From positions 1-61,562 of IMG/VR virus record IMGVR_UViG_3300008119_000566: a DNA stretch of 61,562 nucleotides; one strand, given 5' to 3'. How positions within the stretch are numbered: position 1 is the stretch's first letter; each line of letters begins with the position of its first letter. The translations under genes and the position numbers were made by a program. The notes below the pieces were generated by a model. The model saw only the letters and a list, made by a program, of their open reading frames with translations. It searched no databases and was not told where the DNA came from. Below are positions 56,565-61,562 of the stretch, in pieces. The stretch is from a virus (lineage: Duplodnaviria; Caudoviricetes).

Positions 56565-56639
56565 CTGGTATGCAAGATAGTATACTAGTAACACGTTGGT
56601 GATACGCACCGACACATTTTATTATAATAGGACATAAAA

Positions 56640-56912
56640 ATGAAATTATTCAATCCAGAAACTAAAACTTTTAAACTTTTCTCAGCACTTTACAAGGGTG
56701 ACAAGATCACTGCTTCAGAAGCACAGAAGCGTTTTGGTATCAAGAACTTGGCAGCAGAAGCTAGCCGTGTACGTCATATGGGCTATGCAGTCTATACAAA
56801 CACACGCAAGGCTGGTAACGGTGTTACTGTTACTGAGTATGTTATGGGCAAGCCAAGCCGTGAAATCGTAGCATTAGGCTACAAGGCTAAGGCATTAGGT
56901 ATCAGCCTTTAA
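56640..56912 (+). CDS. Winged HTH DNA-binding protein
   Basis: ITASEA.KRFGIKNL.A.ASRVR..GY. Confidence 0.65.
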   Translation: MKLFNPETKTFKLFSALYKGDKITASEAQKRFGIKNLAAEASRVRHMGYAVYTNTRKAGNGVTVTEYVMGKPSREIVALGYKAKALGISL

Positions 56913-56931
56913 TCCTTAAAATGGATTAATC

Positions 56932-56953
56932 AAAAGCGCCTCCGGGCGCTTTT
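56932..56953 (+). terminator. Intrinsic terminator
   Basis: AAAAGCGCC-TCCG-GGCGCTTTT. Confidence 0.8.
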
Positions 56954-56972
56954 CTTTTGACTAACTAATAAT

Positions 56973-57461
56973 ATGATAAACATTGGATTTTTTGGAACAT
57001 TTTTAGGCAGCAAACAGAATTACGGCACTGTACAGACATTTGCTGATATTATTAGGATTCATTACGGAGCAACTGTAGTGGCGCAACCTGCTGGGGGCAA
57101 CGTTCAGGAAGAAGATATTTTAGAATCAATTAAGTCTTGTTCCAAATTGGATTTGGCAATTGTATGCCATGTGGATAAAATACGTGCTGTTGATGTAACT
57201 GCTTACAATGCGGCTGTCAAAGCCATTGATCAATATTTGTTGAGACAAAATATCAAATGCGTTCATTTAATATTTGAAAGAGATGTGCCTGAAGAATGGA
57301 GTTTCTCTTCAGGTCCTGTTGATTTTGAAATACCAAGATACCATGTGCCTAGCAAATATCGAACACATGCCTCTCCAGAAGAAAGTGATAACTGCATAGG
57401 CATAGCCGGAAATCTTCTTGCTGGTAATACATTGATTAAAATAATAGATAGTATATTATGA
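56973..57461 (+). CDS. Hypothetical protein
   Basis: ORF. Confidence 0.55.
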   Translation: MINIGFFGTFLGSKQNYGTVQTFADIIRIHYGATVVAQPAGGNVQEEDILESIKSCSKLDLAIVCHVDKIRAVDVTAYNAAVKAIDQYLLRQNIKCVHLIFERDVPEEWSFSSGPVDFEIPRYHVPSKYRTHASPEESDNCIGIAGNLLAGNTLIKIIDSIL

Positions 57462-57745
57462 AATATGTCAATAACACATTAGAATGGATCAAGCAAGATT
57501 GGAGGTCAAATCCTTGGAGATTGAGTGCCGAGACTTATAACGCTTTCACAGCACTTGCCACTGCTATTATATTTGCTACTATGGCGCCAAATGTGCCATA
57601 TCTAATAACTTACCCGTTATGGCTAAGTGGAACGTTCCTTATGATATTCTGCGGTATCAGTCGTGGCAGTGTTGGAATGGTAACTATGAGTGTTGTAATG
57701 ACCATTATCGATGCTGTTGGCTATGCTAGATTATTGATGTCTTAA
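57458..57745 (+). CDS. Membrane protein
   Basis: About 3 hydrophobic helices. Confidence 0.65.
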   Translation: MKYVNNTLEWIKQDWRSNPWRLSAETYNAFTALATAIIFATMAPNVPYLITYPLWLSGTFLMIFCGISRGSVGMVTMSVVMTIIDAVGYARLLMS

Positions 57746-59032
57746 ACTTTGATAAAACAAAACTAGTTCTGGAAACGTTTCTATGAAGTTAGTTTTACGT
57801 TTGGCATCCAATGCTTCAACTCCTTTAACAAACTTTGTTTTAACTTCATTATAGTCAAACTTTTGATTTAAAAGATTTAAACAATTATCTATATTTGCTA
57901 TCCAAGCTGGTGATGGCAATATAGTCTTACTGTCCCCTAAAGCTAATTGGATCTTTTCTCTAAACTCATCGTGCATAGTTAAGTTTAAAAAGTTCCACAC
58001 TAACGGATTTGAAACATAAGTTAATTTCATTCCAGCTCGATTGGCAATGTTGTTGTCGACGTACCATTGAGATAATTCATTTAGTGTAAATGTATTAAAC
58101 AAAGTAAAGCTGGTCTGTATGGTCATTTCAATTCCAGCATTATGAAATCGATCAAAGTTCTCTAACCATTTGCCTTCGTGGTATCCATATCTAAAGTATT
58201 CACCACGGCGACCAAAGTGATCATGGCTCATAGTAATTTTACAATTTCTCCCCCATGGTGCCAAGTAGTCCTCTACAATGTCAACACCTTTGTATGTTCT
58301 GATACTGCCGTTAGTATGGAACCATAGGTTGATCTGCTTATTGAGTCCTCGCTTTATTAACTCATCAATCAACTCAAACGTTTCTTCTTGCATTAGCGGC
58401 TCGCCACCGTTAAAGTGTATTTGATCTATTTCATTGCAGTTGTCTAAAACATATTTCATTTTAGAACTATTGTCAACTACTGCACTAGTTTTGTAATTAT
58501 CGTAATGTGATATTGGACTTTTGTCCAACCAAATTGGAAACACTTCTTTATAGTTGTCTGCCACTGCACTGCTGATGTCTGGTTGGCAATGTAAGCAGGC
58601 TAAGTTACATTTGTTGGTCCATATCAAATCAACAAATTTAAGATTGTGTTTGTTTAGTTGTCCATCATTATCAGTATGCGCTAAACTATCTTCAATAACA
58701 TTCTTACCTTGCTGATTGCTTAACCATCTAGGGTTACCAATAGCTGGACCACCACGTTCAGTTTCCCAGCAGCTTTCACAACTCTTAGGTCGCTGTTTGT
58801 CCATGAACTCTTTACGTATACCTTTGGCAATATCATTGTTCATAATGTTGATTACGGTATCAGTCTTGATGTTTCCCAGCACTTGGTTACTAGCACAGCA
58901 GAATTTGACATTGCCATCACTGCTGGTCCAAACTGTATTCCAAGGAGCACAACAGAAACTTTCCCCGTACTCTTTGATCACTGGGTGGTTCTTCATCTCT
59001 TCAAATCTTAGTGAGTTATTAGCTTGTACCAT
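57731..59032 (-). CDS. Radical SAM protein with SPASM/twitch domain
   Basis: CCAPW..GNVKFCC; NKCNLACLHC; FNGGEPL. Confidence 0.88.
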   Translation of the reverse strand: MVQANNSLRFEEMKNHPVIKEYGESFCCAPWNTVWTSSDGNVKFCCASNQVLGNIKTDTVINIMNNDIAKGIRKEFMDKQRPKSCESCWETERGGPAIGNPRWLSNQQGKNVIEDSLAHTDNDGQLNKHNLKFVDLIWTNKCNLACLHCQPDISSAVADNYKEVFPIWLDKSPISHYDNYKTSAVVDNSSKMKYVLDNCNEIDQIHFNGGEPLMQEETFELIDELIKRGLNKQINLWFHTNGSIRTYKGVDIVEDYLAPWGRNCKITMSHDHFGRRGEYFRYGYHEGKWLENFDRFHNAGIEMTIQTSFTLFNTFTLNELSQWYVDNNIANRAGMKLTYVSNPLVWNFLNLTMHDEFREKIQLALGDSKTILPSPAWIANIDNCLNLLNQKFDYNEVKTKFVKGVEALDAKRKTNFIETFPELVLFYQSLRHQ

Positions 59033-60204
59033 GTGGGTTCTAGTTGTTCAAATGTTGTAAAGTTTTTATAGATAGTCAGTGCTTTGGCATCTCGTCTGTC
59101 CATATACTGTTTAGTCGTTTCAAGTAGAGGTCTTGATTTATTGTCATCTAAATATTTGATTACAAATTGCATCCTATGATCCTCTCGATATAGTTCACGT
59201 AAGTAATCCTTTGCTTGTTGATTTAAATTGTCCACTGCCAGTTCTGCGGGCCAATGCACAAATTGATAATGCCATAGTACTCCGTTGGATTCTAAAAAGT
59301 CCACCATTGATGTTAGTTTATGCACATTGAGTACGCTGATGGTAATTCCAACTTTGTGATTAAACGGATCACCGTTAGTCATCCCTAGTTTAGCCATCTC
59401 TTTGTACTGTAGCATGTTTCGCACCCACAAGTTCCAGTTGCCTCTAGTTCTGATGTATTCACTTAACTCTTCTGTAGCATCTTGACTTACATCAAACTGT
59501 ATTGACCTAAAGCTACGTAACATTGTTATTTGTTCAGGCTTCAAAGTAACAGTGCCATTGGTATTGATTCCCAAGTTAATATTTTGAGAATAGCCGTTGG
59601 TTACCACATGGTCTATGAGTCTCCAAAAGTATTCATTAACTAGTGGTTCCCCTCCACTTATCTGTAGCTTAATAATGTTAGCAGTTAATTCTAATAACTT
59701 ATCAAACACTCCTGGTCGGGTATACCATTCTAAATCACCGTATCGTTTATTCTTTTTAGTAGCAGCATAAAAAACTTTTCGATCCCTAAAGTATTCAACT
59801 TCAAATTCTTTTTCTAATAAACTACTGCTTTCTTCACTGCAGGTTCTACAGGCTAGATTGCACAAGTTACCAAATTTAATATGCATACTACGTATCATTG
59901 GAGTTTTATAGTATAACAGCGTAGTCTCTGGAGGAAAGCGATCAAACATATTTTCACGCATACTCTTAACACCCGCCCGTTCGTGATTAATACATTGACC
60001 ACAATCAGATTCAATCATATCTCTATGAGTTCTAAAGTGATCCCTGATACCTTTTAAGTCTGAGTGAGTATCCCAATTGTCTAAATCCTCAGCTGATTGG
60101 ATTATGTAGTTGCTGTCTTTACGATACATGGCACAACAAGGACCCACAGTGCCTTTAGGTTCAATGTATAAATGCGTAAAGGGAAATAAACAATCTTTGG
60201 TCAT
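59008..60204 (-). CDS. Radical SAM protein with SPASM/twitch domain
   Basis: CLFPF..GPCC; NLCNLACRTC; ISGGEPL; NTNGT. Confidence 0.88.
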   Translation of the reverse strand: MTKDCLFPFTHLYIEPKGTVGPCCAMYRKDSNYIIQSAEDLDNWDTHSDLKGIRDHFRTHRDMIESDCGQCINHERAGVKSMRENMFDRFPPETTLLYYKTPMIRSMHIKFGNLCNLACRTCSEESSSLLEKEFEVEYFRDRKVFYAATKKNKRYGDLEWYTRPGVFDKLLELTANIIKLQISGGEPLVNEYFWRLIDHVVTNGYSQNINLGINTNGTVTLKPEQITMLRSFRSIQFDVSQDATEELSEYIRTRGNWNLWVRNMLQYKEMAKLGMTNGDPFNHKVGITISVLNVHKLTSMVDFLESNGVLWHYQFVHWPAELAVDNLNQQAKDYLRELYREDHRMQFVIKYLDDNKSRPLLETTKQYMDRRDAKALTIYKNFTTFEQLEPTWYKLITH

Positions 60205-61562
60205 GAACAGACTTTAACTCCATATAAATTTTCAAAACGGTCAGCATCAGCTCTGTCGTTGACCATTGGCTCACCCCTAACATTGAGGCTGGTGTTTAGT
60301 AACATGGGACAGCCTGTGGCTGCATACCATGCTTCCAATAACTGTCTTATTCCTGATCCATCTTGCGGCACTGTTTGTACACGGCTAGTCCCATCACGAT
60401 GAATGATAGCAGGAAATAGCTCAGGATGCCTGCAACGAGCGACTGACTGCATATACCTACTGTTATGCCAACCCCTAGGCATATCAAAATAATTGTCAAC
60501 ATGCTCTTCCATAACGACTGGCGCAAAGGGTCTGAACTGTTGTCTTCGTTTAATGTCATTTACTTTCTCTTTAATTTCTGTACCCCTTGGGTCAGCCAAG
60601 AGGCTGCGATTGCCCAAGGCTCTTGGACCGTATTCGGCTGGTCCGGAAGCCACTCCCACAATAGACTTAGCAAGTAGCTGAGCCATAATGTCGCTAACAG
60701 GATAAGCCCCAGGTATAACATGACCGAGGCTAGCACTATGCCAGTTAACTCTACGCCCATAGCCCAGACAGGCAGCACCAAGGCTGCTGCCAGCATCACC
60801 AGGGTTAGGCATGATCCAAATATTTTCATAGTATTCTCCTAGTAGCCTATTGGCCAAACAGTTGAGGGCTACCCCTCCACCATAACACAAGTTCTTGCTG
60901 GGGCTCAACGTAAGGGCACGTGCCATTACTGCACCTATGTATTGCTCGGCTATGCTCTGGGTAGCGGCTGCTAGGTCAAATACGTCTGCACCCTCTAGGT
61001 ACCCAGAGTTGACTCCAGTGTGTAAGTTTTGTTTAAACTCTGTACGTGCTATGCTAGCCACTAGGTCATGGGTAATCACAGGCTCTAGCTTGGTATTGCC
61101 ATACGCTGCCATACCCATGAGTATGTACTCTTCGTCCAAAGGTTTGAGACCCACCCGCTGTGTCATGGCTGTGTAGAACAAGCCTATGCTGTCTGGGTAG
61201 GTTTGACTCCACAGTTTCTTATATTGAGCAAAGCCGTTGGCATCGTAATGGGCATGCCATATTGATGCTGTATCAAACTCTCCTATAGCGTCTATGACCA
61301 CAATTGTGGCTTCATCATAGGGTGAGGTCTGGAATTGTGCCGCAGCATGACTTAGGTGATGCCCATGGGTGTGCAATGGCCTACGTCCCAACATGTGCCA
61401 TTGAACCTCACCCAATACGTCTTGAGTTTTTGTGCTGGGTCTACGCTGTCCTGTACGCAAGCCCCTAAGCCAACGTAGCCACGGACGTTCATAATAGTGT
61501 AGCTGGTAAACACCCTGGGTATGGGTCAGCACATCTTTGATTAGATCAAGGCTCAACGTTTT
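60201..61562 (-). CDS. Carbamoyltransferase (NodU/CmcH family), N-terminus beyond window end
   Basis: HHLSHAA, DAIGE, MGMAAYG, GGVALNC, GPRALGNRS, RPFAP, NTSLN. Confidence 0.9.
   Translation of the reverse strand, partial: KTLSLDLIKDVLTHTQGVYQLHYYERPWLRWLRGLRTGQRRPSTKTQDVLGEVQWHMLGRRPLHTHGHHLSHAAAQFQTSPYDEATIVVIDAIGEFDTASIWHAHYDANGFAQYKKLWSQTYPDSIGLFYTAMTQRVGLKPLDEEYILMGMAAYGNTKLEPVITHDLVASIARTEFKQNLHTGVNSGYLEGADVFDLAAATQSIAEQYIGAVMARALTLSPSKNLCYGGGVALNCLANRLLGEYYENIWIMPNPGDAGSSLGAACLGYGRRVNWHSASLGHVIPGAYPVSDIMAQLLAKSIVGVASGPAEYGPRALGNRSLLADPRGTEIKEKVNDIKRRQQFRPFAPVVMEEHVDNYFDMPRGWHNSRYMQSVARCRHPELFPAIIHRDGTSRVQTVPQDGSGIRQLLEAWYAATGCPMLLNTSLNVRGEPMVNDRADADRFENLYGVKVCS

Noticed and set aside
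948-61176. Numerous short overlapping or antisense ORFs in the supplied track
   Set aside because: They overlap well-supported genes and lack SD or recognisable motifs
1-61562. Bacterial chromosome origin, suggested by dnaK, iscU, rpsU and hemA
   Set aside because: Host-like genes lack their usual operon partners (no dnaJ, grpE, iscS) and are interleaved with PAAR, tail proteins, T4-like late promoters and small phage ORFs
1-61562. Genome-wide TAG recoding
   Set aside because: Long genes are intact in code 11 and TAG ends hemA at its expected length; only one internal TAG was seen
1-61562. CRISPR array, rRNA, IS element or integrase
   Set aside because: No regularly spaced repeats, rRNA-like sequence or transposase/integrase motifs noticed

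Overview
AT-rich, gene-dense 61.5-kb segment of a large (jumbo-type) T4-superfamily-like myophage genome, not a bacterial chromosome. Evidence: TAAATA late-type promoters, PAAR spike, tail/head proteins, NrdAB, SleB-like hydrolase, tRNA-Arg and arrays of small paralogous ORFs. The host is probably an aquatic proteobacterium; DnaK, IscU/IscA and Tim44-like genes look betaproteobacterial (inference). Auxiliary genes are unusually dense: a PlcP-like phosphoesterase plus Agt-like GT4 pair (phosphate-sparing lipid remodelling), a curli-like secretion locus (csgF, csgG, two curlin-repeat proteins, FecR-domain protein), hemO-pcyX plus ALA synthase, clpS-hsp20-dnaK, ribosomal bS21, iscU/iscA, SOD, Dps, heptose epimerase, two radical SAM enzymes and a carbamoyltransferase. 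Signals not captured by the ORF track: a likely -1 frameshift (A_AAA_AAG-stop) extending a 308-aa acidic protein by 106 aa, an in-frame amber codon splitting a GH19 lysin, about 12 apparently leaderless transcripts, ROSE-like thermometers before hsp20 and dnaK, a triple TGT-N10-ACA operator array in the curli locus, a ~250-nt structured RNA candidate, and a shared capsid-targeting-like N-terminal motif on about 12 unrelated proteins. All family calls come from motif recognition by eye; no database search was run.
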